Assembly (NCBI GenBank): GCA_013115125.1 | Contig: JABANN010000257.1 | Coordinates: 1-46,771 of the forward strand | DNA: 46,771 nucleotides | Direction: 5' to 3' | DNA from: Perkinsus olseni | Lineage: Eukaryota | Shown: positions 22,283 to 34,200 of the stretch, piece by piece | How the letters are laid out: each line of letters starts with the position of its first letter | Position numbering within the stretch: the stretch's first letter is position 1 | Position numbers and translations under genes: made by a program | Notes under the pieces: generated by a model | The model's input: the letters and a program-made list of their open reading frames with translations, nothing else | Told to the model about the DNA's origin: nothing | Databases searched by the model: none

Positions 22283-23923
22283 TCAACTATTAGCTGGGGC
22301 CGTGGCGAGTTCCTCTAGGTCACGCTCTGTAGAGATGCCGGCGAGACGTGAGGTGGTTGTGGTAGCAGCAGAGCCTCCAGTAACGATCGATACAGCTGTG
22401 TCTATATAGTCAGCACCAGACCACTTCTGATGGGCAAGTATTTCGATACCATTATCTCTCTCCACCCTCTGAACATCTCTCATATAAGCGAGCATGTCTT
22501 CTTTACGGTAGTTCTTGGCAAGCAAATCCATATGAAGACCCGACACATGAAATCCAGCCAACGGTATGAACTGGAAAACGAAGCCCAATTCACCGAGCTT
22601 CCTCTGAAACTCGGCAATATCCTCATCAGACATCCCCATTTTATCCCAAAATAAACTCGGGAAGACGTTGTAAAGGAACATCGCTCCGCTATGGGCCTTC
22701 TTCACGCCGGTTGTGAACTCCTTCGCTTGAGCTAAGTCAGGCTTCTTGGCCTCCATCCAGGTCATATCAGAATACGGGGCGAATGAGCTGCTACGGCTGA
22801 TACACATCTTAGTGCCACCTTGTATGCGATAAAAACTCTCTCGAGTACGAGGAGCATCCCAACTCCAATACGGCAGTTCTTCATTTCCACCAAGCAACCT
22901 CTGAGCCTCCAGTCTCATCTCATGTATGCCCATTGTCAGGGACTTCTCATCCCATTCTTCAGTCGGCTTCCCCATCTCCCTCAGCTTCATTGATATGAGC
23001 TCAGGGAAGGTACACAGACGGACCTTGTCGATCCACTCAGCCTCTAATTCTGGTATTTTATCAGAGCAACCACTGTTGATAGCGTCCTCGACGATGTATC
23101 TCATGGGCCGTTCTTTGGCGACTTCGGGATTGGATGCTCCCAGAATGAAGGGGTGATCACGATCATCGACGTTGTTGTCGAGAAGAGTAGCTATCTCAGC
23201 GTCAGTCCTTGCTATGATAATGGTATCTGTCCCGAGTATATCAGCCGTTAGTCTCGCCGCCACGAGCCTCTCAATGTGTTCCCTGGTAGAGACTAGTACT
23301 TTACCACCCAAATGACCACACTTCTTCGTGGAAGCCTTCTGGTCCTCAAGGTGGATCCCAGCAGCCCCCTTCTCGATCATCATCTTCGCCAATCGCATAA
23401 CAGCAGTGATTCCGCCATGGCCACTATCACCATCAGCGACAATTGGAGCTAGAAAGTCTCTCAGAGGTTCGCCGTCGTAACCATTCTTGCTAGACCTCTG
23501 GAGTAGCTGACTTTTATCGTGGAAACACTGCGCTCTGAATATCTGCTCAACCTTGTCGGGAACTGTATTCGACGGGTAATCGCCAAAATCTGGACCCGGC
23601 TCTGTATTAGACGAGCATGTTGTAGCACACTGCCAACCGGAGATGTAGAGAGCATCGAGATACTTGGACACTTGAATAGCTTGCACGGGGTCCAGTACTC
23701 CTAGAGTCTTCACGGAGGTGCCCTCTTCTCTGGCCTTCACGAGTAGTGACCACAGCTTCTTGGCCATGGCATTGGACGGGTAGGTAGATCGAGTATCCTT
23801 ATTGCCTCGTAGACGGGCGACGTCCTCGGCAGAATAGGGCCTGCACTTCCCCTTCCAGCGCGATGATGACCACCATTGCTTCAACTCAGCAACGTCTTCT
23901 TCGAAGTGAGGAGAGTGCGACAT
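22283..23923 (-). CDS. ICL: Isocitrate lyase family protein (long, eukaryote-type), intronless, 546 aa
   Basis: N-terminal WWSSSRWK..RPYSAEDVARLRG, YISGWQ, PGPDFGDYP, PIVADGDSGHGG, catalytic loop HLEDQ...KKCGHLGGKVLV, IARTDAE, WDAPRTRESFYR, HQKWSGADYID. Contains the internal domain typical of fungal/plant ICLs. Confidence 0.93.
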   Translation of the reverse strand: MSHSPHFEEDVAELKQWWSSSRWKGKCRPYSAEDVARLRGNKDTRSTYPSNAMAKKLWSLLVKAREEGTSVKTLGVLDPVQAIQVSKYLDALYISGWQCATTCSSNTEPGPDFGDYPSNTVPDKVEQIFRAQCFHDKSQLLQRSSKNGYDGEPLRDFLAPIVADGDSGHGGITAVMRLAKMMIEKGAAGIHLEDQKASTKKCGHLGGKVLVSTREHIERLVAARLTADILGTDTIIIARTDAEIATLLDNNVDDRDHPFILGASNPEVAKERPMRYIVEDAINSGCSDKIPELEAEWIDKVRLCTFPELISMKLREMGKPTEEWDEKSLTMGIHEMRLEAQRLLGGNEELPYWSWDAPRTRESFYRIQGGTKMCISRSSSFAPYSDMTWMEAKKPDLAQAKEFTTGVKKAHSGAMFLYNVFPSLFWDKMGMSDEDIAEFQRKLGELGFVFQFIPLAGFHVSGLHMDLLAKNYRKEDMLAYMRDVQRVERDNGIEILAHQKWSGADYIDTAVSIVTGGSAATTTTSRLAGISTERDLEELATAPANS

Positions 23924-24006
23924 TTCGAAATTTTACCAAAGATACTAAACAGGTTCAGAGCTTGCAAGCACAGCCGATAGCCATCCGAAGATCCAGGAGG
24001 ATCCTT

Positions 24007-24031
24007 CCCGTTGCTCAGGGTATCTCAGGAT
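24007..24031 (-). repeat. 25-bp exact inverted copy of ABCG copy-1 coding sequence (18718-18742)
   Basis: The reverse complement of 24007-24031 is ATCCTGAGATACCCTGAGCAACGGG, identical to 18718-18742. The flanking bases mismatch on both sides. Confidence 0.9.
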
Positions 24032-24081
24032 CAGACCGTCAGCCCAACTCAGCTATAGGAGAGTAGGGCGACACTCGCTGT

Positions 24082-25177
24082 TCAGTGCATGGCATTCGCC
24101 ACATGCTGCATAGTGAGGGAGGAGCGTCTGAGCGGGGCCAGAGGCCTCACATTGAGGAGTTCGAAGGTTCCTGCATTAGTTAATGAGATGGGTGCTTTTC
24201 TGCTTAGTGTTTGCGTACACATCAGCACGCAGACGCATGTTGCTCCATCAGATTCAGTCGGACCCCAACGCGGGGCCAGGTGTGAGTTAGGCAGTTGTGC
24301 GCTCCCTCCAAGTATGAGCAATTGGGACGGGTTGTCAGACACGTCAATCGGCACTGATAGTCTCTCAAAGTTCCGAGCGCAAGGTCTCCTGTGGGCGGCC
24401 GACGTCACACGTGACACCACCGCTCTGCACGCACGCGTCGGAGACAGGTGAGGTGGAGCATCCTGAGCAAGGTGACTGTGTTGCGCCGTTCCACCGTCAG
24501 CTGCGATGCTCGAAGGCTTGCACATATGCCCCACGCTGTCTGAAGTCTTCAACAATCAAGGCCTCTTCCCCGTCCTTGGGTGCCAACTTGAACGTGAATC
24601 CCTACTCAGGAGACAGTGCCCCCTCCACGATATTGACTCTAATACTGGATGTATTATTCATAGCGAGAGCCCCTGAGAATCCCTGCCGTGACATCATACT
24701 TGATTCATTTCATTCTGGTTCGGTCGATTTAAATCCACTTGGGTCGCGCTCTTGATTGATCACACTGAGGGAGCGGCTTTTCTCTGACTCAGTCTTTCAC
24801 AAGACCCCTCTCTAGAATTGCTTCCATCACGTCCATGCTGATGTTGATTGACTTGACGTGAGAAGGCGGAAGCGCTTATCGGAGCTCGACACTCCACTCG
24901 GACCGGCCATTTCAGCGGTCTCCTCATCCCAGCAGGAGTCTTGGGATGAGAAAGTGCAACACTTTCGCCGACCCTTCACGGGAAGAAAGCACGTCCAAGG
25001 TCTGTCTTGATGGGCTGCTGCTAATTCCCACGGACGACGTAAACTGCGAGTGCTTTTCGCCCCGCATATCGGATTTCGGCTCTCCAACCGATCTCATACT
25101 ATCCGTTCAGGGGATGGAAGGAAACTGGAGTCTCGGTTTACCGTAGTTAGCGTCTCCACGGGCTGCAACCCGCCCAT
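24082..25177 (-). CDS. Hypothetical multi-exon protein
   Basis: ATG 25177 MGGLQPVETLTT|YEIGWRAEIRYAGRKALAVYVV|RVGESVALSHPKTPAG... splices through short GT-AG introns, with later pieces such as GFTFKLAPKDGEEALIVEDF. No family recognised and boundaries are uncertain. Confidence 0.4.
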
Positions 25178-25293
25178 GCCTATAGCTTATCGGCATGTTT
25201 CTGGTGTGCACCGAGTGTTTTGTTACTCCAAGCTGTCAATCTGAAGAGGCTCTGAACTACGAGGAAAGAACCATCACAGCTGAACTCTCTTGA

Positions 25294-28200
25294 ATGTCTT
25301 CATTCGGGGAGCTCATCGCTGCTCTACAGTCAGTTAGGAGCGTCAAGGACAAACGACAGGCGATACGTAAGAGCCTCTCATTAAGAGGCATTTCGGTCTC
25401 CCCCTTCGTCGAGCATGGCGGTTACACCCGCTGTTTACTCTATGCGCCGGTACCTTCGCTGCCCATCACACAGGCCTCAGGCTCACTGGCTGCGCAATGT
25501 GGCAATCGTGTGAATGTGATGAAGATACTTCGCGCTGGTGGTTGGTCCAAGGCGATACAGCCGCTGCTCTCCTCGCTAGATCGAGAGGCTCAGGTCTGTG
25601 GTGTATCCCCTCTTTGCTGTATCGCTTTTGCCAGGTCTACGCCGCCCTTGCTGCGGCCAACTTGACCTCTTCTGATATCAGCCACGACGTTCTCTGTGAA
25701 GACGGTGCGATACCAGAGCTGCTGCAAGTAGCGCACGACTCGGATGAACCCGATCTCGTCGTCTATGGTCTACTAGCCCTTGGCAACCTGGCTGGGTCCC
25801 CTTCTACTCGATCAGCTATGATGAACTACAAAGTAGACCTGTGCCCGCCGGTTCGAGGATGCCCAGACAAAATGACACCCTCATAGGTTCTGCCGGCAGT
25901 GTACTCGATCTACACGAGACTTGCAAAGTTGGGCGACGCTGGAACGCGAAAGGAAGAGGCAAGGGTATCTCAATTGACGTCGAAGTTATTGTCGAGTGGC
26001 CAGGTCAAAGTCGCGGCTCTATTCGCCTTGTCAAACCTCACTGGATGTGCGAATCATAGAGAGATGATGATTAACGATCTCGACGTTCAGGAGGCTGTCT
26101 GGAAGTGAGACACTTTCGTTTGAACTCATCGCTGCGCTCGAGACCCTTGAATGCTTCACTTCAGGGACCTGTTTGACCCGTCCCAAAGAGTGATGGCTCA
26201 AGCCTTGGAGGTTATACGTGGATTGTCGGTCCACAAGAAGGCGCAAGAGATGCTCCCCACGATGGGTATCCTGCCCTACTTGGCTAGCATACTCCGAACT
26301 AAGATCGACAAGAACCTCAAAAACAAAGCCGTCACTGAGGAGATCAGGTGGGCATCTAAGAGACCTCGACGATCCAGAAAAGTTGGAACTTGCGTACATT
26401 GGAGTTGAACTTGCGCGGGGTACCGAGGGTGGCTCAGTGAGCTCCTTTCGTAGGCATGCGGCCATCGATATCCTAGTCCACGTCAGCTTCAATGAGGTGT
26501 CGGCCAGGATGATCATGGACTCCCCCGACTGCATTGAAGTGGTCTCGAAGCTGGCTGCACTGGGAGGAGGGGATCACGTTATTGAAGGCTTTGGAGATGA
26601 TGACAGCCTCTACTATGTGGAGCAGGTTAGTCTCACCCATGGTCCTGTCTTAGTTGATGGCTGCTGTTCAGGCTTTGTGCATCATAGCCAACCAACTAAG
26701 TGACCAGTCCACGCATACGGGTATCATGGAAGGGAAGGCGAGGGCCCTCTACGACGGTCTCCGTCATAATGTCAACTCGGCCGTGACGTCCGTGGTGGAG
26801 CATGTCCTCAGGGCCTACATGCACCTCAGCATGAGCACCAGGTAGTGGCCGGGGACGACTCCTACCGAGTGGATGATGGTGTTGCTCTCCGCAGGTACCA
26901 CGACCAGATACTGCAGACTGGTCTCATCTCGGGAGTGGTTATGGTAGCGATGCATGAGCAGTTGCCGTTGCCCATGAGAGTCTGTGCCATACAGCTGATG
27001 GCGTCCCTCTCGGCCACGAGCCCTACAGCTCCTAGCGGGGACTCGGTACAGGTGAGAACGATATTGGCTTTTCTCGTGGTGGCCAAGTGAGAAGGGCTAA
27101 TCATGAATCTACCATAAGTACTACTGCACCCAGTGTGTTACAAGCTCTCCCAGGCTGTCCTTCACCATCTGCTGCTACCGTGTTTTACAGTACGAAGTTC
27201 ATCATTGGTCGAATCGAAGAACGCAAGGAGGACAAGGTCAGCGCTCTGTTTTAGGCAGCATGTGCTTTGCTGGCCTCTGGAGCTGCCGGAAGTGAGGACA
27301 TGGAAGGCCCTACATTCCGCAAACGACGTACGACCCTTGCATCACGGGTCTATTCAATGATGCTGGCCTCTTATCAGCTCCAGTAGAGCAGAACCTCTAC
27401 CGCCAGTTGAAGCGGTACGCTGCGATGACGGTGGCCAACTGTGCTGCAGCTGCGGACAACGTGGACCACATCGCTGGAACTCATAGGGACGATGCGCCCT
27501 ATCTAAAGGCCATGCTGTGGGTTGGATTCTACTGAGCTGCTTGGCGTGGATGGGGGTGGGGCAGATACACGCTCTCGACCACGAGTGACCCTGTGCTCAT
27601 GTCCCACATTATAAGATGCTTCCACAACCTGATCAACAACAGTCCGGGTCGATGCGGGCGAATACTCATAGACGCTGGCCTGCTCAGTACTGTGTTCCTC
27701 AACCCTACAAATATCTCGAGAGAGGTGAGCATACCACAACTTCCCGAAATCCCAAGTCCTCCTGGTCGATCGATCGTATTTTGCATTTGGCGAGCATGAG
27801 TCTGGCTGGGCAGCTTGCCTGAGAGCCTGAGATACTTCTGCGTATCTGTGCCAGACGTTGCGGAGGTCGGGCCTGGTATCAGAGGGGGGCTTGGGTGGTG
27901 GCAATGAGAAACTGAAGAAGTATCTGGGGTACGATAAGATACCAGTGGATGATGATAGCCAAGAAGAGCACATGGAGAAGCTCCTGAAGGAAGAGGTATG
28001 GGGTGAGGGCGGCGGTAGAGTGTCCGATACATACACTACTTCTTGATGGTTTTACTCTATCTGCTGCGATCTGCTCGCCAGGGGCTCTCCAAACTCCCAG
28101 CTTTGGGTATCTACTGTAATGTGATGGCAAATATCTACCCTGGTCGTAGCCGGTGAGTGGAGGGAGAGTTGTCTGCTTCAGATTGATGAAGGCAGGCCCG

Positions 28201-31200
28201 GTGCAGCAGCGTCATCAGCCCCACTGCTACTACTGCAAGTCATCAATATAGACAGCTGCATATATCTTTGCGACATGCTGGTTGCTATGATAACCTCAGG
28301 GGAGTACTGCAAGGTTCGAATCATGAAGGTGGGCCGCTCAATGTGGCATTCCCTGGAGAGTGACTGCACACTGCTGTGGCCTGGCCGCTCTCTGTCGGTG
28401 CCACGGGAGGCCAAGGCTCGGAGGGCGAGTCCCAAATTTTCTTCCTTTTTCCTTCAGACCAAGAAAGATAATCCTCTGGTCTTCCAGAAGATCCTCACGC
28501 ATTGGGAAGGCAGCCAGCTGAAGGACCGCAGACTGGCCCCTCACTTGGCCCTCCTGTGCTCGACCGTCGCCTTCGAGGTTGACTGCCAGCATGAGTTCCT
28601 CCTTCAAGGTGGAGTACGCCTTGTCGTCAGAATGTATGAGGAACATTTCCCCGACGATGAGTAAGCCCGCCTAAGCACATGAGAGGATGACTAATGTCAC
28701 CGCCGAATATCGAGCATCGTTCCGGGTCTGTAGTATCGGTCGTACTTCGGAGGGCGGCATCGACATCGTGATCGGATGGACGTTTCACAGCTGTCTGCTT
28801 CAGGTACGTCCGCCTGTGTTGTGTGCTGAGCATTCTGTATCTCGTATCACCCGCGGACAACACCACAGGACAGGAGAAGCCAGCAGCTTCAAGGGTTCAA
28901 GAGGTCAGCTCGGAAGGGTGACTATAGCTGACCGCACTCGTTGTCAGGAGAGCAAGGCCGCGTCCCTCCGCGGTGTGGCTGTGGCAGAGGGCCTGCGCGT
29001 CCTACTGGCTGCCTGCGAGAACGAGACTCATGTCGAGATTGTAGCCAACGCCTTGAAGGCTCTCATGCCCTTTGCCGAATCCGAGCTGTAGGATGCCGTC
29101 CACTTGCGGCTCTCGCAGGGTTACCCCGTGTTTCCTGGTGGAGCGAGATGACGTTGATGACAGGATGGCCTTCTTCATCGTCCAGGTATCGGCCGATAAT
29201 TGGAGGCCCGTCGCTCAGAGGCATCGACATAGTCAGCAGCTACCTCTACTCTGACAATCTTGAACTCAAGCAGATCGCGGTGTTCCTGCTGCAGCATCTC
29301 CTCACGAGTGAGGCAGCAGTGGCGAGTGTGTGCCGCCTTCGAGGGGGTTCGGAAGTTGGAGCCCTCCTGGATACGCGTGTCCTCTTGAAAGGGCTATCGA
29401 TTGCTTGCTCAGGTCAGGCGAATAGGAGATCCTTCTTGGCCCTGGATCGGAACAGGTTTGACGAGGGAGAGGACAGTGCTGCGGTATGGAGGGTGATGGT
29501 ACAGCAGGAATCGCGGGTTCCCGTTGCAGGATATCCTGGACGAGGATGATCTGGAGGGCCTCGTGGACTGTCTGCCCATAGTGCGTCTCGGAGTACCCAA
29601 GAAGATAGCCTCCAAATCAAGCGGTAGTCGGGAACCCCTCCGCGACCGGCCCATTGGTGCTGCTTCAGGCCGTACAGGCGAAAGCAGCAACTCCTTGGAT
29701 CTCTCGGGCCTGAATAACATCTTCGCGGGAGGCCTCCACGACCCTTTCGTGCTCAAGTGCGCTGTCCGGACTCTGGCCTTACTGAGCCAGGAGAAGGACG
29801 TCAGAGCTCTCAATAGGATAATCGACTTCAAGGTATCTTCGGCTCCACCCCACCTGGGCTGTACTGGCACGATCTGCGGAAGTTGCGGTACTGCAGGTGC
29901 CGGTCTTACTCCACAACATATTTTACTCGGGGCAAATAGACGAGGAAACTGCAGAGGCCATCGTGGTCTTCACAGCGGAGATGTGCCAGACCAATGAGAA
30001 GACGCTTGATGCGATGGTCAAGTTGATGAACGGCCCGGCCCTTGTCAAAGTGGGTCCGCGGCATAGACGAAGGACAATGAGCTGGCACACCTCAGATCCT
30101 GGTCGCCTACCAAACGCTCGATCTATCTCCGACCACAAGACTGGTCTGCTTGGGGGCGATGAATGTCATTGCTCGCCATGGTCAGCTAGGTGTTGGCGAT
30201 GTGATCTGGGAGTATCGTCCTCTTAGGTAAGCACCAGGGGCTGCTGATAGACTTCCTTCCCATCCTGGCCGCTACTACCGATACGCTGCTGTATGGAAGC
30301 CCAGCAGGAGAGGTGGATAAGGTGGGCCGGAGCTTGCGGTGGATCTCAAGACGGTAGTGATTGCAGGGGTCGGACGATGTGAAGACGTCAGACCGGGATA
30401 AGGAAGGGGAGGAGGAGACCTATCACAGTACCTGTGCGGTGCTTGCCTCGATCCTCTGCGAGTTCTCATCGTCCTCGAACGACTCGGTGCAGAGCTCCCT
30501 CCTGTCGTGCAACGCGGTCAATGTTTTCCTGGCACTCTTGAATACCACATCAACTCCGAAGATCAATATTACCGGTGACAAGAAGGGGGAAGATACTCTC
30601 TTGGTAGAGCTGGTCATCACGGCCACGGTTGGAATATCGAATCTCGTCAGCGGAGTGCGGGGAGCCGAGTTTGTCAAGGAACTGCTGTGCCCGGCCGCGA
30701 AGGTTCAATACCTGGCGTCGCTGTTCCAATTGCCGCCTGGAAAGGTTTTGAAGGCGTTTTATCACGGCACCACCGGGCTGAAGGCTATCCAACGCACCTT
30801 CAAGTCCGACGTCTCCCCCGACGATTTGGAAGCGTCCACGATCGTGCCTTTCGGTGACTTCAATCCGACCGTCCATCCCCATGTGCTGATCTGTCGGCAC
30901 ATCCTCCGCACGCTGTGCGTGTGTGGCTTGCTTAACTTGGAGTTCCTCATCTCGGCTCTCCCAGCTAGAGTACTCGTAGCGATATGTCAAACAAGCTTGG
31001 GCTCTGATGATGCTCTGATGAAGTATCTTGGCGTATCTTTGATTTCTATACTGTGCGCAAGCCGTCCAATTGCTATGGAATTCGCCAAAGTGCCCTTCAT
31101 TATCAACTTTGTGATTGACAAGTTGCGGGCGAAGCTGGGCCAACCCGGGTTTTCGACGAAGATACTACTCAATGCGTCCACTACGCAGGGCCGTGCTCTG

Positions 31201-34200
31201 CAGGTTACCCCGGGCAGTGGGCGCAGCGGCGAGACTAGGTGGCACTCACAAGCGACCGAGTTCTACGGCTTTGTCTCAGCACTTGTATGCATCATCAGAA
31301 TAGGGGATATAGTGAGGGACGTTTATGGCACTGAGATAGACCGACAATCACTGGCACGACAGCTGAAGAGGAGAGGGAGAGGTGGAGGAGGGGTACTTGG
31401 GAGGCTGAGGGTTCAGGATGCGGCAAGAGAGGATGGAAAGGAGAAGGAGGTAGGCTGTCTCTGTGATGAAGGATGGGTTAATCTTACTGTACCCTACTCA
31501 GCCTCAACGAAGCTTGAATTTTTGTGCTGCTGGTGATTGAGAGAGAATTACGTCGTAACCCTCAGAACGATGTCGATCAATCTGCCTGCATGATAGAGGT
31601 TGGCAGTTGTTCCTCTTTTGTCACTCCTGAATTATCGTATCCTAATACGTTTCCATCAGGAATATCAGTAGCCCTCACGCTTCGAATGCCCCGTTGGGCT
31701 CTGCTGCTGAGATTGCCGCCTTCCGTTTCTCAGGATATGAAGATTGAGCGCGTCAGCCAGAAGAATTTGGACTTCCTAGTCACTCTCCCCGCTGCCATCC
31801 TCGGGTTCATGGACATCGACGCCTTGGCAGTCTTGCTACATAAGTATACAGCGACCAGCCTGCAGAGTACCGAGCAGGAGACTGGTCGGGAGGGGCAGGG
31901 CCAGAGTAGAGGGGGAAAGAGCATGAGCATTGGTCCACTGGATGGGGTCCATGAAGTGCTGTCAAAATTGGGTTATCTCTTGGTGCATGGTAGCCTGACG
32001 GGGAAGGCGGATGATGATGATGACGAGAATGTCGTGCCCCTGGAGATACGGAAGGAAGTCAGTTCAAGAGAAGCGTTACACACTATGACTGAGGGCATGC
32101 TCTCTTTGGTTAAAACCTTCGTCCGCCATACAACGCAGGCGGTCATGGGCATCAGCTGCTCGGTGTTGGATACTCTCATCCGCCTCACTTACGTCTGTCC
32201 GGCAGCCCTCTCTAGACAAGGGGTTGGCAAGATACTAGAAATGCTCAAGATTTGCCCGCTGGTACTCAAGCAGAGGCTCTGCGTGCTTCTGGCCAACGTC
32301 CTCTCGAGTGACGCGAGCGATGCTGATGCAACGATGATTGAAGGGGCCGTTGCTTCTACTGGAGGCTTCCTAGAAAGGCTTCTCTTCAATACTACCGATG
32401 CAGAGCTGAGACGGTTCCTCGCTGGGGCCTTGGCTAACCTCGTGTCCTTGCCGACGTGTGTGTCCACGACACTGAGGGCGAGTGCTGTGCTTCGACTCTG
32501 TACGGAGAGGATAAGTTGGGGGTACTATGTTTCGAACTTTGGACTGCATTTGCAGCTGGCGAGGTTGTTGAATAACGTAGCTCGGAACAGCCCAGCGTCG
32601 CTGAAGGACCCGCTGATGGTCCGATACATTTACTCGGCGGTGCGGCTCAGCTACAGGCTGGTGAGCAAGTTGGTGCCGACAGTGGAGGACCAGGGAGAAG
32701 GGGAGGAGAAAGAACAAGAAGTGTCGGAAAGTTTCACTTTGACGTTCACGGAAGTCGATGTGCCGCGGGTTGGGTTGAAGATGAGCTGGCAGCTGCCTCT
32801 CCCGCTGGTCAAGCATGTCTTCCCCGAGGGACCGGCAGATCGCAAAGGAGAGGTGAGTGGCCCATGAGAAGGGTTCCAATTTCGATGATCATCGCGAGGT
32901 GGTCTAATACTGGTGTGATCTAGGTCAGAGAGGGTGACTTCCTCCTCGCTATCAATGGTGACACGTCCGTGGTGACACAGGACTATTCGACCTCAATAGA
33001 GCCACTGTTGTTACAGAGGCCACTCAAGCTTACGTTCTGCCATCCACTAGAGCAAGAAGAGGAGAGGCCATCGACAGTGGACGAGGGGATCATCTCTGTG
33101 AGTGGGGCTAGGGCGTGTATCCTTGCTGAGTGAGCAGGACTCTTCGTCTCGGCTCCTGATGTCTTGGGGATGTTATTTTTGACTAATCTAGAATGGGTCC
33201 TCAAGTCTAGCGGGTTGAACACTGTGGAGTTGCATTCATCATCCTCGAGCTGATGCCAACTTCACCCAACGGTCCCGTCAGCTGACCCACCCGCCTCACC
33301 TGAGCTCCTCCTGGTTTGGCTACGAGCTAAGCCGGTGTCTTCTTTGCGATAGGATCCGACTGGGAAGTCCCTCGAAGCCGAAGAGGCCGCCGCTGCGGAT
33401 GAGAAGGAGTATCTTGAATGCTTCCAACTTCTCTTCCACGCTGTCTTTGCACTCTCCGGAGATCGGGCGCTCCAGCAAGCTATCCTGGCTGAGGACGGTA
33501 GGCGACGGCTGGCCTTTGCTGCTGCCAATGGCTCTTCGATTAGGTACCGAAGTGGGCCCTGTTGTTGAGTGGGTAGTCTCTACTTTCATCACTAGTGATG
33601 GGCCCAGTAGCGTGACGGGGGACGCCAAAGGCATAGCATCCCTCCACAGCATCGATAATAGAAGAACAGCGTAATAGCTTCGGGCTGCGGTGGCAGCACT
33701 AGGGCGTAGCTCAGGTACGCGATAGTGGCTAATATTTGCAAGTCGGCTGCAGTCAGTCAGGAGCTGTCCACTACTCTGGTGAAGAACATCAAGATGGATG
33801 CCACAGCAGACTCCAGTGGTGAGGAGGTGGACCCACCAGCGAGGGCCGAGGATGTCTTTGGCTCAGCCTCGTCGTCCTCCGAGTTCGCCAGTGAGGGGGA
33901 GCTGGCGGAGCTGCAGGCTGCCAATGACATGCAGAAGCTGTCCTTATACGCCTCTAGCCTGTAGGAAGGCGGAGCATCCGTACAGAAGAGCCGTTGGTGT
34001 AGATATTTCCACGGCATCGAAGGGGACAAGTTGGGCGTTGATCCCGAGGCATTGGAGCTCATCATCCGTCTCTCGAAGCAACAGCTTGAGGAGGCTGGTG
34101 GCCACGAGACTCTCGCGTCGGCCGGTGAGTGGACTCTCCTTTACAGTGGGCCCTAGCGACCCTTGCTGTAGGCACGGCTGGGGAGTCGATAAACGATCAG

